Below, in pieces: positions 28,567-38,520 of a stretch of DNA of 54,954 nucleotides. The stretch is from Oscillospiraceae bacterium (GTDB lineage: Bacteria; Bacillota; Clostridia; Oscillospirales; QAMX01): positions 1-54,954 of the forward strand of contig SVKS01000005.1 in the NCBI GenBank assembly GCA_015068345.1. Direction: 5' to 3'. Each line of letters opens with the position of its first letter. Within the stretch, counting starts at the first letter, position 1. The position numbers and the translations under genes are program-made. The notes under the pieces are model-generated. The model was not told the origin of the DNA. It saw only the letters and a program-made list of their open reading frames with translations, and did not search any database.

Positions 28567-28851
28567 TTATTCCTCTTCTTCCTCGTCAGCCTCTTCCTCT
28601 TCCAGGAACTTCTCGAAAACCTTGTCCAAAAGTTCTTCATCATCCAGGGTAACCAGGATGTCTTCCCCGTCTTCGTCTTCTTCAACCTTCAGAATGACGA
28701 CTTCGGCAGATTCCTCGTCCTCGCTGTTGGCGGGGGTGAAAGCCATATACAGTTCGCCTTCGTAGTCTATTGTGGCAAGATGTTCGAATTCTTCTTCCTT
28801 GCCGTCTTCATCGGTCAAAACGACGTAATCGCTGCCGTACTGATTTTCCAT
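28567..28851 (-). CDS. DUF1292 family acidic protein
   Basis: LTDEDGKEEEFE, YMAF.P, VVILKV, LVTLDDEELLDKVFEKF. Promoter TAGACA-17-TATAAT at 28907-28935. Confidence 0.88.
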   Translation of the reverse strand: MENQYGSDYVVLTDEDGKEEEFEHLATIDYEGELYMAFTPANSEDEESAEVVILKVEEDEDGEDILVTLDDEELLDKVFEKFLEEEEADEEEEE

Positions 28852-28981
28852 TTTCATGATTCCTTTCTGTATTACGGGGTGGACATCCATCCCCTTTTAT
28901 GATATCATTATACCATGCAAAGCGTTTTCTGTCTACTCTTATTTTTTGTGCATATTTTTTCTTTTCCCTTGAAAATTGCCC

Positions 28982-29010
28982 TTGACAATCGAGAAATAAG
29001 GTAGTATAAT
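28982..29010 (+). promoter_or_regulatory. sigmaA promoter of infC-rpmI-rplT
   Basis: Perfect TTGACA-17 nt-TATAAT. Confidence 0.88.
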
Positions 29011-29020
29011 ACTTTAGACA

Positions 29021-29134
29021 ATAAAGAAGGAAGAGTTATTCTGCCCTCACCTGCTGTACAATGTGCAGAGGTTAATCACGGACTTTGATCAGACTGTGTT
29101 TAGGTGCGGACTTCTTGTGTCCGCACTTCTTTTA
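29021..29134 (+). promoter_or_regulatory. Ribosomal protein L20 leader (transcription attenuator)
   Basis: 5' UTR of infC-rpmI-rplT with AAGAAG...CCCTCACC motif and terminator GTGCGGAC/GTCCGCAC-TTCTTTT at 29102-29133. Confidence 0.8.
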
Positions 29135-29190
29135 TTGTCGCCATATAAAAAGCCGAATGATTCGCATGTAATTTTTGGGGGTGTTTGAAC

Positions 29191-29709
29191 ATCGCAGCTA
29201 TTAGTCATCAGATCAACGAACAGATCCGGGACGCCGAAATTCGCGTAATCGGAGCAGACGGTTCCCAGCTCGGCATCATGTCTTCCGCCGAGGCGATGAA
29301 GATTGCCGAAGAAGAGGGATTCGATCTTGTTATGATCGCACCGAATGCCGCTCCGCCGGTTTGCCGCATTATGGACTACGGCAAATACCGCTTTGAGCAG
29401 GCAAAACGCGAGAAAATGAATCGCAAAGCACAAAAAGTAGTCGAAACCAAAGAGATCTGGCTGTCGCCCGGCATTGGTGACCATGATATGGACTTCAAGG
29501 TCAAGAATGCACTCAGCTTCATCGCTGATGGCGACAAGGTCAAGGTGACCGTTCGTTTCCGCGGACGTGAAATGGCCCACACCGAACTCGGCACCATTTT
29601 GCTCAAGCAATTTGCTGAAAAGTGCGCCGAAACCGCCGTTGTGGAAAAGCCCGCCAAACTTGAGGGCCGCCGTATGTCCATGTTTATGGCTCCCAAGCCC
29701 AACAAATGA
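29191..29709 (+). CDS. infC: Translation initiation factor IF-3 (probable ATC start)
   Basis: INEQIR..EIRVI, PPVCRIMDYGKY, FRGREMAH, KLEGR. SD GGGGGTG lies 7 nt before the in-frame ATC. Confidence 0.96.
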   Translation: MAAISHQINEQIRDAEIRVIGADGSQLGIMSSAEAMKIAEEEGFDLVMIAPNAAPPVCRIMDYGKYRFEQAKREKMNRKAQKVVETKEIWLSPGIGDHDMDFKVKNALSFIADGDKVKVTVRFRGREMAHTELGTILLKQFAEKCAETAVVEKPAKLEGRRMSMFMAPKPNK

Positions 29710-29747
29710 ACCATTCCCAAGGCAACAATTGAAAGGAGAACGTTACA

Positions 29748-29945
29748 ATGCCCAAGCTTAAAACATCCAAAACCGCAGCCAAGAGATTCAGCTTCACCAA
29801 GAACGGCAAGGTAAAGATGAAGCACTCCAAGATGAACCATAACACCGGCCTGAAGAACACCAAGATCAAGAGAGGCCTGCGCAAGGTTGCGATCGCTTCC
29901 GAATCCAACGTCAAGGCGATCCGCAAGATGATGCCCTATTCCTAA
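29748..29945 (+). CDS. rpmI: 50S ribosomal protein L35
   Basis: MPKLKT...AAKRF..T.NGK; lies between infC and rplT. Confidence 0.96.
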   Translation: MPKLKTSKTAAKRFSFTKNGKVKMKHSKMNHNTGLKNTKIKRGLRKVAIASESNVKAIRKMMPYS

Positions 29946-29979
29946 GGGTAACACGAAATAATATTGGAGGTAAATCGAA

Positions 29980-30333
29980 ATGGCAAGAGTTAAAGGCGCA
30001 ATGATGACGCGCAAAAGAAGAAATAAAGTACTGAAGCTCGCTAAGGGTTACTGGGGTGCCAGATCCACCCACTTTAAGGTTGCCAACCAGGCTGTCTTCA
30101 AGGCCCTGCAGTATGCTTATGTTGGCCGCAAGCTGAAGAAGAGAGACTTCCGCAAGCTGTGGATCACCCGTATCAACGCCGCCGCCAAGATGAACGGCAT
30201 CAACTACTCCAGACTGGTTTACGGTCTGAAGAAGGCTGGTATCAACCTGAACCGCAAGATGCTTGCTGAAATCGCTGTTACCGACGCCGCTGCTTTTACC
30301 CAGCTCGTCGAAAAGGCCAAGGCTGCTCTTTAA
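29980..30333 (+). CDS. rplT: 50S ribosomal protein L20
   Basis: [39 protein letters not shown]. Confidence 0.98.
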   Translation: MARVKGAMMTRKRRNKVLKLAKGYWGARSTHFKVANQAVFKALQYAYVGRKLKKRDFRKLWITRINAAAKMNGINYSRLVYGLKKAGINLNRKMLAEIAVTDAAAFTQLVEKAKAAL

Positions 30334-30343
30334 TTGACCATAC

Positions 30344-30369
30344 AAGGCCGCAAAATTGCGGCCTTTTCT
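30344..30369 (+). terminator. Intrinsic terminator after rplT
   Basis: AAGGCCGCAA-AA-TTGCGGCCTT followed by TTCTGTTGTTTT. Confidence 0.7.
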
Positions 30370-30392
30370 GTTGTTTTGAAAGGAGATCAACC

Positions 30393-30716
30393 ATGTTTTT
30401 TGATCATGCTGCCATTGAACGGGAACCTGCCGGAGCCGGCGCAACTCGCAAGGTGCTGGCCCACAGCGAAAACCTGATGCTGGTGGAAGTCACCTTTGAA
30501 AAGGATGCTGACGGCGCTCCCCATAACCACCCCCACGAACAGTCCAGCTACGTCATTTCGGGCGATATCATCTTCCGTCTGGACGGTGTGGAACACGAAA
30601 TGCACGCCGGCGACTCGGTCTATATCCCCTCTTCTGTCCCCCACTGTATCAAAGCTCTGACCCCCGCTGTGGTTCTGGATGTATTCACCCCGGAACGTAA
30701 GGATTTCCTGAAATAA
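30393..30716 (+). CDS. Cupin domain protein (KdgF-like)
   Basis: RKVLAH..LMLVEV.F, HNHPHEQ..YV.SG, GDSVYIPS.VPH, LDVFTP.R.DF. Confidence 0.85.
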   Translation: MFFDHAAIEREPAGAGATRKVLAHSENLMLVEVTFEKDADGAPHNHPHEQSSYVISGDIIFRLDGVEHEMHAGDSVYIPSSVPHCIKALTPAVVLDVFTPERKDFLK

Positions 30717-30722
30717 TATGAC

Positions 30723-30755
30723 AATGCCTGCAGAGTTTATCTGCAGGCATTTTTT
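30723..30755 (+). terminator. Intrinsic terminator
   Basis: AATGCCTGCAGA-5 nt-TCTGCAGGCATT followed by TTTT. Confidence 0.8.
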
Positions 30756-30816
30756 CCTTGCACCCCTTCCATATTTATGGTATGATAAAGTATACCCCGT
30801 AAAGGAGGGAAACAGA

Positions 30817-31494
30817 TTGAATATATTGATTGTTGACGACGAAAAAATGATCCGGGAATTGGTCAAGAAGTATGCAGTCTTTTCCGGGCATTCGGTTATA
30901 GAAGCCGAAGACGGTATGAAAGCCGTAGAAATGGTCCGCTCCGGATGCACGGATTTCGATATTATCATAATGGACGTGATGATGCCTGAGTTGGATGGTT
31001 TTTCTGCGGTGAAGGAAATCCGCAAGGTTTCCCAAATTCCGGTGATCATGCTTTCCGCCCGCGGGGAAGAATACGACCGTATTCATGGATTCGAGCTTGG
31101 GGTGGATGACTATGTGGTGAAACCCTTCTCCCCCAGGGAACTTATCATGCGTTTGGAAGCAGTTTATCGCCGGGGCCATTCTGCACACGCCGAAAAGGCC
31201 AGGGATGTTTACGAAATCGATTCCCTGAAAATTGATTTTGACGCCCGTCTCGTCAGCATTGACGGCAATAAACTCGACCTGAGTCCTAAGGAAAGTGATC
31301 TGCTCTTCTTCCTGGTAAAGAATCGAGGCCTTGCCCTAAGCCGTGAAAAGCTGATTACAGAAGTTTGGGGTTACGACTACTACGGCGACGACCGTACTTT
31401 AGATACCCACATCAAGCTCTTACGCAAAAATCTTGGTCCTTACCAGAAGCACATTGTCACCCTGAGAGGAGTTGGCTATCGCTTTGAAGAGTAA
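30817..31494 (+). CDS. OmpR/PhoB-family response regulator
   Basis: ILIVDDE, MDVMMPELDG, DDYVVKPFS, RTLDTHIK, TLRGVGYRF. TTG start after AAGGAGG; promoter TTGCAC-17-TATGAT at 30758-30786. Confidence 0.93.
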   Translation: MNILIVDDEKMIRELVKKYAVFSGHSVIEAEDGMKAVEMVRSGCTDFDIIIMDVMMPELDGFSAVKEIRKVSQIPVIMLSARGEEYDRIHGFELGVDDYVVKPFSPRELIMRLEAVYRRGHSAHAEKARDVYEIDSLKIDFDARLVSIDGNKLDLSPKESDLLFFLVKNRGLALSREKLITEVWGYDYYGDDRTLDTHIKLLRKNLGPYQKHIVTLRGVGYRFEE

Positions 31495-32941
31495 ACTCCG
31501 TTCTCAACCCTTGGGAATCCGTCAAAAGGTCATTTATACCTTTCTGGCCTTTGCCTTTATCATGCTGGGTATTCTATGGCTTTTCCAGACGGTTCTTTTG
31601 AATCCCTTTTACCAAAGCATCCGTCTGCAGCAAATCACATCCCAGGCGGACTCCTATGCTGAGCAACTTCATCACCCAAACTTCTACCCTACCCTGGTAT
31701 CCTCCGCACGTCAAAATGACAGTTGCGTCATCATTGCCACCGACCAGGGCGTACAGTACTCGGTGGATGCCACCCCTTCCTGTCTGATTCACCGCCTGCC
31801 CGACTATAACTATGAGTACTTTTATAATTTAACCCGGGAAAACGGCGGCCAATACACCTTGAGCATCAGTATGAATGAAGCGCAAACCATCTCACCTCCA
31901 TTTTCCAAAGACACCCCTGTTGCCGATCGAGAAAACGCCGAAACAATCGTATATTCCCGACTGGCTCATGTGGGAGGAAAAGAGTATTGCATCATCATCA
32001 ATGCCACCTTGGAACCCATTACCGCCACCGTCACCACCCTTCGATTCCAGCTTTTTGTGATTTCCATTCTATTTATTCTGATTGCCGCTATCTTAGCCCT
32101 CTTTCTTTCCCAAAGTATTTCCAGCCCCCTGGTAACCTTGAACAAGAAATCCAAGCTTCTGGGAAAAAGACAGGCCTCCGACTTCACTGTGAAAGGCTAT
32201 CGGGAGGTCAGCGAATTGGGCGACACATTAACCCACGCCGCAAGCGAGCTCCAGAAAACCGATCGGTTGCAACGGGAGCTGGTAGCCAACATTTCCCACG
32301 ATCTGCGTACTCCCCTGACCATGATCGCCGGTTATGCCGAAGTCATGCGGGATATTCCCGGAGAAAATACTCCCGAAAACGCTCAGATCATTCTGGATGA
32401 AGCCCGCAGGCTCTCCACAATCGTGTCGGATGTATTGGACGTTTCCCGTATTCAATCAGGGACTGAACCAATTGTTAAGGAACGGTTTGACTTGACCCAC
32501 GATACCCGGGAGATCTGCCAACGCTTCCTGGCCATGACCGAGCGAGAAGGATACACGATCCACTATGTCACCCCAGACCAGCCCTGTATGGTTATGGCTG
32601 ACCGAATGATGATATCCCGGGTTATCTACAACCTGATCAATAACGCTGTCACCCATACCGGTGAAAGCCGCAGCATTTCGGTAACCCAGTCGGTCCGGGG
32701 ATCTGTGGTCCGCATTAGCGTTGCCGACGAAGGTCCCGGCATACCGGATGATCAACTGGATTCCATTTGGGAACGCTACTATAAGATCGATAAAGAGCAC
32801 AAACGTGCTGCCGTTGGCAGTGGTCTCGGGCTCTCCATCGTAAAAACCATCCTTTCTATGCATAGCGCCACCTATGGCGTTGCAAGTTCTGTTGGAAAGG
32901 GCAGTGTATTCTGGTTTGAACTCCCTATCCTCGAAAAATAG
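31484..32941 (+). CDS. Sensor histidine kinase (2 TM, HAMP-like, HisKA, HATPase)
   Basis: ANISHDLRTPL, NLINNA, DEGPGI, GSGLGLSIV. Start is uncertain (TTG 31472 or 31484). Confidence 0.92.
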   Translation: MKSKLRSQPLGIRQKVIYTFLAFAFIMLGILWLFQTVLLNPFYQSIRLQQITSQADSYAEQLHHPNFYPTLVSSARQNDSCVIIATDQGVQYSVDATPSCLIHRLPDYNYEYFYNLTRENGGQYTLSISMNEAQTISPPFSKDTPVADRENAETIVYSRLAHVGGKEYCIIINATLEPITATVTTLRFQLFVISILFILIAAILALFLSQSISSPLVTLNKKSKLLGKRQASDFTVKGYREVSELGDTLTHAASELQKTDRLQRELVANISHDLRTPLTMIAGYAEVMRDIPGENTPENAQIILDEARRLSTIVSDVLDVSRIQSGTEPIVKERFDLTHDTREICQRFLAMTEREGYTIHYVTPDQPCMVMADRMMISRVIYNLINNAVTHTGESRSISVTQSVRGSVVRISVADEGPGIPDDQLDSIWERYYKIDKEHKRAAVGSGLGLSIVKTILSMHSATYGVASSVGKGSVFWFELPILEK

Positions 32942-32946
32942 CAAAT

Positions 32947-32980
32947 GCCCCCGAAACCATGCGGTTTCGGGGGCTTCTTT
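32947..32980. terminator. Intrinsic terminator between convergent genes
   Basis: GCCCCCGAAACC-ATGC-GGTTTCGGGGGC followed by TTCTTT. Confidence 0.8.
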
Positions 32981-32987
32981 ATATAAG

Positions 32988-33848
32988 TCAGATTTCAGAA
33001 ATATAGCGTTTCAGGTTGGCAGTGCTGATCTCGATAGCCTTCATGGTGGGTTCCATGCCTTCAAATTCGATGGAAGCATAGCCTTCATAACCCGCCTGCT
33101 TCAAAAGGGACAGGCACTGCTTTACAGGTACGTCGCCGTGGCCCAGAATGGTGCAACGGATGTAGTTGCCACCACGGCTCTTAAACCAGCCATCACCCGG
33201 ATCAGGCAGTGAACCAGAGCGCAGGAACATATCCTTGGTATGTACGTGAAATGCACTGGGAATCACTTTACCATAGGCGATGTCGGGACGTTCGTCAGCA
33301 CAGGTGAAGTTACCCATGTCAGCCAGAACACCGTAATTTTCATGATCGACTGCAGTGACAATCTTCAGAACCCGGTCGCTATCCTGGGCAAAGAAACCGT
33401 GGTTTTCCATGCAGGTTTTAACCCCACATTCGGCAGCATATTCGGTAATTCTTCTGACACCCTCAGCAATACGGGGCAATACCGCATCAAAGGTTTTGGG
33501 GCCTTTATGCCATGCAGGAACACCGTAAGCCACGTCATGACGCATCACCGGAGCACCCAACAGGACCGCCATATCTACCTGGCGCTTTAGACGTTCCACT
33601 TCAGCATCCAGATCCTCTACCAGCATATTGCCGCCGACGGTGTAGCAAGGAATGGGAAGTCCTTCAGCATCGCATGCTGCTTTTACCTTCTTTAGAAATT
33701 CAGGGAGTTCTGCATCGGGTTTCCAACCGGCTTCGGCAACTTCGAAAGCATCCAGGCCCAATTCGCGGGTCTTACGGATAGCGTCATAAATGGTGAAACT
33801 ATCGTTGAAAAGCTGACTGTAGCTGTAAGACGAAATAGAAGTTTTCAT
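32988..33848 (-). CDS. Sugar-phosphate isomerase/epimerase (AP-endonuclease-2 TIM barrel)
   Basis: MENHG, DMGNF, HVHTKD, GHGDVP, SIEFEG metal-ligand pattern. Confidence 0.87.
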   Translation of the reverse strand: MKTSISSYSYSQLFNDSFTIYDAIRKTRELGLDAFEVAEAGWKPDAELPEFLKKVKAACDAEGLPIPCYTVGGNMLVEDLDAEVERLKRQVDMAVLLGAPVMRHDVAYGVPAWHKGPKTFDAVLPRIAEGVRRITEYAAECGVKTCMENHGFFAQDSDRVLKIVTAVDHENYGVLADMGNFTCADERPDIAYGKVIPSAFHVHTKDMFLRSGSLPDPGDGWFKSRGGNYIRCTILGHGDVPVKQCLSLLKQAGYEGYASIEFEGMEPTMKAIEISTANLKRYISEI

Positions 33849-33869
33849 TCCAATCTTTCCTTTCTTTGA

Positions 33870-34979
33870 TCAGTTCATGAAATCCTTAAGCTTTTTGGAG
33901 CGGGAAGGATGACGGAGTTTACGCAGGGCCTTGGCCTCGATCTGGCGAATGCGTTCACGGGTAACGTTAAAGACCCGGCCTACCTCTTCCAGCGTACGGG
34001 CACGTCCGTCTTCAATTCCGAACCGAAGCTTGAGCACCTTTTCTTCTCTGGGAGTGAGGGTGGCCAGCACTTCCAGAAGCTGCTCTTTCAGGAGCATATA
34101 GGAAGCGGCTTCTGCCGGTTCCAGAACACCATCATCGGGAATGAAGTCGCCAAGATGGCTGTCCTCCTCTTCACCAATGGGGGTTTCCAGGGAAACCGGA
34201 TCCTGGGCAATCTTCATGATTTCCCGAACCTTGTCCACCGACATATTCATTTCCTTGGCAATCTCTTCCACCCTGGGATCATGCCCCAATTCCTGGAGCA
34301 GCTGACGGGAAACGCGGATTACCTTGTTGATGGTTTCCACCATGTGGACCGGAATACGGATGGTTCTTGCCTGGTCCGCAATGGCGCGGGTAATGGCCTG
34401 CCGGATCCACCAGGTGGCGTAGGTGGAGAACTTATAGCCCTTTTCGTAATCGAACTTTTCCACCGCCTTGATCAAACCAAGGTTACCTTCCTGAATCAGG
34501 TCCAGGAAGAGCATACCGCGGCCTACGTAACGCTTTGCAATGGAAACAACCAGACGCAGGTTGGCTTCGGCAAGTTTCTTCTTTGCCGCTTCATCCCCCT
34601 TGAACATGCGCTCGGCCAGTTCCTTTTCCTCTTCGGGGCTGAGAAGATCGACCTTGCCGATTTCCTTCAGATACATTCTGACGTGATCATCCACCGAAAG
34701 GCCTTCCACCAGGGCTTCAGGGTCAGCCAACTCTTCCGGAGGAATCTCATCGATTTCGTCCAATTCAATGGGTTCCTCGATGGGATCCAGAGAGTAGTCT
34801 ACCATCAGCTCAATGCCCATACGTTCAAGAGTATCATTGAACTTATCGATGGCATCTCCGGTGTACCCCAGGTCTTCCAGGGTTTCCAGTACCTCGTTAT
34901 AATTCAGTTTACTGTTTTTCCGGCCCTTTTCGATTAACTCTCGAAGTGCCGAGCTTTTGCTGTGTTCCTGTTCACTCAT
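33870..34979 (-). CDS. rpoD: RNA polymerase primary sigma factor SigA/RpoD
   Basis: [69 protein letters not shown]. Confidence 0.98.
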   Translation of the reverse strand: MSEQEHSKSSALRELIEKGRKNSKLNYNEVLETLEDLGYTGDAIDKFNDTLERMGIELMVDYSLDPIEEPIELDEIDEIPPEELADPEALVEGLSVDDHVRMYLKEIGKVDLLSPEEEKELAERMFKGDEAAKKKLAEANLRLVVSIAKRYVGRGMLFLDLIQEGNLGLIKAVEKFDYEKGYKFSTYATWWIRQAITRAIADQARTIRIPVHMVETINKVIRVSRQLLQELGHDPRVEEIAKEMNMSVDKVREIMKIAQDPVSLETPIGEEEDSHLGDFIPDDGVLEPAEAASYMLLKEQLLEVLATLTPREEKVLKLRFGIEDGRARTLEEVGRVFNVTRERIRQIEAKALRKLRHPSRSKKLKDFMN

Positions 34980-36744
34980 TTGATCCATTCCTTCCATTTC
35001 CGTATCTAGTATCGTTTCGCTTCATAGCGATCAGTTCTTCCAGTCCCTTGGCATCCACTTTTGCTTTGCTTTTCGCACTTTCCATGGCAACTACGCCAAG
35101 ATAATCAAGCACCAAAAGCTTCGGAGATCCGTCGGGGGTATTTGCCAGAATCATGGCCAATAGCTTCCTCTCATCGGCGGTAAGCTTGTCCGTCATCGTA
35201 TCCGGATTGGGATATATGCCGTTATCAATGGCGGCGCAAATCTCGCCATACAGATGGATCAGAGCTTCTTCTCCCAGATCCTCCGGCTTGATTCTTTCCT
35301 CCACCAGTCCTTTTAGCTCCGGATTGTGGGCCAGAAGAGAAAGAATTCCCTCCGCCGCCCGTGCTAACGTCACATTCTGGTATCGAATGCGGGTGAAGGA
35401 TGGCTGGGCATTCTTCTCCGGATTTGTATTTTCCCGCATTTCACGCCGTTCATTCTGTCGTCTTTGCCGTTTCAGGCTCTTTTTGACCTCGCCTTCAATG
35501 GTTTCCCTGCGAATACCGGTAATTTCTGCCAATTTCCCTATGTAAATCTCCACTTCAATCGAATTCTTGAAGGTAGAAACCAGGGTAATGGCTTCGTTCA
35601 AAAACGCCAACTTTTGTTCATCATCGGTTATATCATATTTAGCACGAATCTTTTCCAGGCGATAATCGCTGGAATTTTCGCTTCCCGAAAGCAGCAGTCG
35701 GAAAGCATCGCTTCCGTATTTCTTTATGTATTCATCCGGGTCTTTGGCACCCTTCATTTTCAAAATCTTGATTTTGATATCCCTGGCTCGAAGCAACTCA
35801 ATGGCACGCTCTGTGGCTTTCTGTCCGGCTTCGTCGCTGTCATAAGCCACCACCACTTCGCCTTTTCGCTTTTTGATCAAATCGGCCTGTTCCGGTGTCA
35901 GAGCTGTTCCAAGACTCGCCACCGCATTATCAAAGCCCGCCTGATGAAGCATCAAAACGTCCATATACCCTTCCGCCAAAATAAACTGGGGAGCGGTACT
36001 GTTTTTCGCCAGATTCATGGCAAAAAGATGGTTGGCTTTGTGATACACGTAGCTTTCCGGGGAGTTGAGATATTTGGGCAGCGAATCATCCAGCACTCGC
36101 CCACCAAACCCCAACACGTTTCCGCTGACATCAATGATAGGAAATATCAGCCGATTACGGAACCGATCATAAATGTGGCCTTTCTCACTTTTTACAGCAA
36201 GGCCTGCATCCAGGAGCTCTCCCTTATCAAACCCCTTGGCAACCATGGCTTTGATCAAGCCATCCCATTGGTCGGGAGCATATCCCAGACCGAAACGTAT
36301 CACCATTTTTCGGGATATTTGCCGACGGGCCATGTAGTCCCTGGCAGGGGCCGAAATTTCCTTTTCCAGGTTACTATGAAAAAAGCGGGCAGCTTCCTTG
36401 TTCAGGGCTAAAAGTCGCGTACGGCGCTTATATATGCTCTTCTCGCGCTCATCAGTGGGCACATCCATCCCAACCATTCTGGCCAGAAGGGACACCGCAT
36501 CCGGGAACTCCAATTTCTCCGTCTTTTCCACAAAAGAGATGATACCTCCACCCTCTTTACACCCAAAGCAGTAGAACATCTTCTTTTCTGGATCCACTGT
36601 AAAGGATGGTGTCTTCTCATTGTGAAAGGGGCAACACCCCCACCAACGGTTGCCGCGCTTTTCCAGTTTGCAATAGCGGCCAACTACGTCCACCATATCC
36701 AGCCGATTCATCAGCTCATCTAAAAATCGTTCGTCAATTGCCAA
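34972..36744 (-). CDS. dnaG: DNA primase
   Basis: [15 protein letters not shown] zinc finger, DRFRNR, KYLNSPE, EGYMD, YDSDEAG, KDPDE. TTG start. Confidence 0.97.
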   Translation of the reverse strand: MAIDERFLDELMNRLDMVDVVGRYCKLEKRGNRWWGCCPFHNEKTPSFTVDPEKKMFYCFGCKEGGGIISFVEKTEKLEFPDAVSLLARMVGMDVPTDEREKSIYKRRTRLLALNKEAARFFHSNLEKEISAPARDYMARRQISRKMVIRFGLGYAPDQWDGLIKAMVAKGFDKGELLDAGLAVKSEKGHIYDRFRNRLIFPIIDVSGNVLGFGGRVLDDSLPKYLNSPESYVYHKANHLFAMNLAKNSTAPQFILAEGYMDVLMLHQAGFDNAVASLGTALTPEQADLIKKRKGEVVVAYDSDEAGQKATERAIELLRARDIKIKILKMKGAKDPDEYIKKYGSDAFRLLLSGSENSSDYRLEKIRAKYDITDDEQKLAFLNEAITLVSTFKNSIEVEIYIGKLAEITGIRRETIEGEVKKSLKRQRRQNERREMRENTNPEKNAQPSFTRIRYQNVTLARAAEGILSLLAHNPELKGLVEERIKPEDLGEEALIHLYGEICAAIDNGIYPNPDTMTDKLTADERKLLAMILANTPDGSPKLLVLDYLGVVAMESAKSKAKVDAKGLEELIAMKRNDTRYGNGRNGSNE

Positions 36745-36763
36745 TCGGCCGTTTCCTCCTTTT

Positions 36764-37771
36764 TTACAACACCTGCCAATTCAAGGGAATGTAAATGTCC
36801 TTGAATCGTTCCAGGGCATATCGATCGGTCATGCAGGCCACGTAGTCACACACAGCCCGTCCAAGCCCTTCGGTTTCAATAATCGACTTATATTCCGGCG
36901 GTAATTCCTTTTCATGCTTCATGTAGTGCTGATAAAGAATTGCCAACATATCTTGGGCTTTTCCCTCCTGCCCCTTTGCAATGGGATTGCGGTAAACCTG
37001 TTCAAACATGAAGGTATGGAAATCCTCCATAACCCTGCCAACTTCTTGGGAAAAGGTAATATCTTTCAGATCGGTATTGTTCTCAATCAAATCCAAAACT
37101 GCTGTATTGATACGTTCTGTTTTGCTTTTACCCAATACCTCCCGTACTTCCGTGGGAATTTCATCTTCCTTCAGGATACCGGCACGAATCGCATCATCGT
37201 AATCATGATTCACATAGGCAATCCGGTCGGCGTGACGGACGATTCTTCCTTCCAGGGTTGTGGCATAACTGATACCCACGTGATTGAGGATGCCATCCCG
37301 TACCTCGTAGGTCAAATTCAGCCCTGCACCATCCTTCTCCAGTTTATCTACGACCCGAAGGCTCTGTTCGTTGTGCCGAAAACCGCCTTCATAGAGTTGG
37401 TTTAAGATGCGCTCTCCTGCGTGGCCGAAGGGCGTGTGCCCAAGATCGTGTCCCAGGGCAATGGATTCGGTCAGGTCTTCGTTGAGGGACAAGGCTCTGG
37501 CCACCGTCCTGGCAATTTGGGAAACCTCCAGGGTATGTGTCAAGCGAGTACGGTAATGATCCCCTTCCGGGTCCAGGAACACCTGGGTCTTTTGCTTCAA
37601 TCTTCGGAAGCTATTGGAGTGGATAATACGGTCTCGATCACGCTGAAAATCGGTGCGTACCGGACACTTTTCCTGGAAAGACAATCTGCCACGGCTTTCC
37701 TTGGCATGGGCGGCCTGGGGGACTAACGTTTTGTATTCGGCTTCTTCGAACCGTTCACGAACAGCAGTCAA
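36764..37771 (-). CDS. dgt: Deoxyguanosinetriphosphate triphosphohydrolase-like HD protein
   Basis: RDRDRI, RRLKQKTQVF, RTRLTHTLEV, GHDLGHTPFGHAGE, DYVACMTD. Confidence 0.93.
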   Translation of the reverse strand: MTAVRERFEEAEYKTLVPQAAHAKESRGRLSFQEKCPVRTDFQRDRDRIIHSNSFRRLKQKTQVFLDPEGDHYRTRLTHTLEVSQIARTVARALSLNEDLTESIALGHDLGHTPFGHAGERILNQLYEGGFRHNEQSLRVVDKLEKDGAGLNLTYEVRDGILNHVGISYATTLEGRIVRHADRIAYVNHDYDDAIRAGILKEDEIPTEVREVLGKSKTERINTAVLDLIENNTDLKDITFSQEVGRVMEDFHTFMFEQVYRNPIAKGQEGKAQDMLAILYQHYMKHEKELPPEYKSIIETEGLGRAVCDYVACMTDRYALERFKDIYIPLNWQVL

Positions 37772-37804
37772 TCGATCGCATCCTTTCCCAAATCAATATA
37801 AGAG

Positions 37805-37845
37805 AAACTCCGGAATTCCATTCATAGGATAGAATACCGGAGTTT
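37805..37845 (-). terminator. Possible terminator after yigZ
   Basis: AAACTCCGG...CCGGAGTTT inverted repeat. Confidence 0.5.
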
Positions 37846-37884
37846 TTTTCATTTTTCTTCTTTTTCTTTCGAAATTCAAAATTT

Positions 37885-38520
37885 TTATTCTTCTGGCATA
37901 TAGACAATACCGCCCCGTTCACACATCCCTGTTCCGGCTGTCAGATCGGCAATTCTGCCTTCAAAACTTTCTGCCCGCTCCATGGAGATGGTCACCCGAA
38001 AGGATACGTTTTCAGCATATTCGGGGGCTTCCGGTGTGATTCCCTCCCGATTCAGGGTGGAAGTCACCTTCCCGTGGAAGTGGTATGGAACCCGGACAAC
38101 ATATTGCTGCATGGGCACCATGTTGGATATGGTTGCCGCATCCAGGGCTCCTTTTGCGCCCGAAGCATAGGCCCGAATCAGACCACCTGCGCCAAGCAGG
38201 ATACCGCCGAAATAGCGAACCACCACACACACCACGTCGGTCAGTCCCTCCCGGAGGATCACCTCCGAAACCGGACGTCCCGCCGTACCGGAGGGTTCTC
38301 CATCGTCACTGGCACGCACCACGGCTCCGCCCCCCAAAACATAGCACCACACGTGGTGATTGGCTTCAGGATGCATATCCCGAATCAGGTCAATATACTC
38401 CCTAGCCTCTTCTTCATTGGAAGCATGGGCCAGGTACCCAATAAATCGGGACTTTCGCTCAATCAGAGTGGCTTCCCCTTCCCGGGAGCATGTCTTGTAA
38501 CCATCACGCTTCGGCGGCAA
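37885..38520 (-). CDS. yigZ: YigZ/IMPACT family protein
   Basis: KSRFIG, ANHHVW, SDDGEPSGTAG.P, VVRYFGGILLGAGGLIRAY. Confidence 0.93.
   Translation of the reverse strand: MPPKRDGYKTCSREGEATLIERKSRFIGYLAHASNEEEAREYIDLIRDMHPEANHHVWCYVLGGGAVVRASDDGEPSGTAGRPVSEVILREGLTDVVCVVVRYFGGILLGAGGLIRAYASGAKGALDAATISNMVPMQQYVVRVPYHFHGKVTSTLNREGITPEAPEYAENVSFRVTISMERAESFEGRIADLTAGTGMCERGGIVYMPEE

Noticed and set aside
28567-28720. TCTTCC/TCGTC-rich low-complexity tract
   Set aside because: It simply encodes the Glu/Asp-rich C-terminus of DUF1292.
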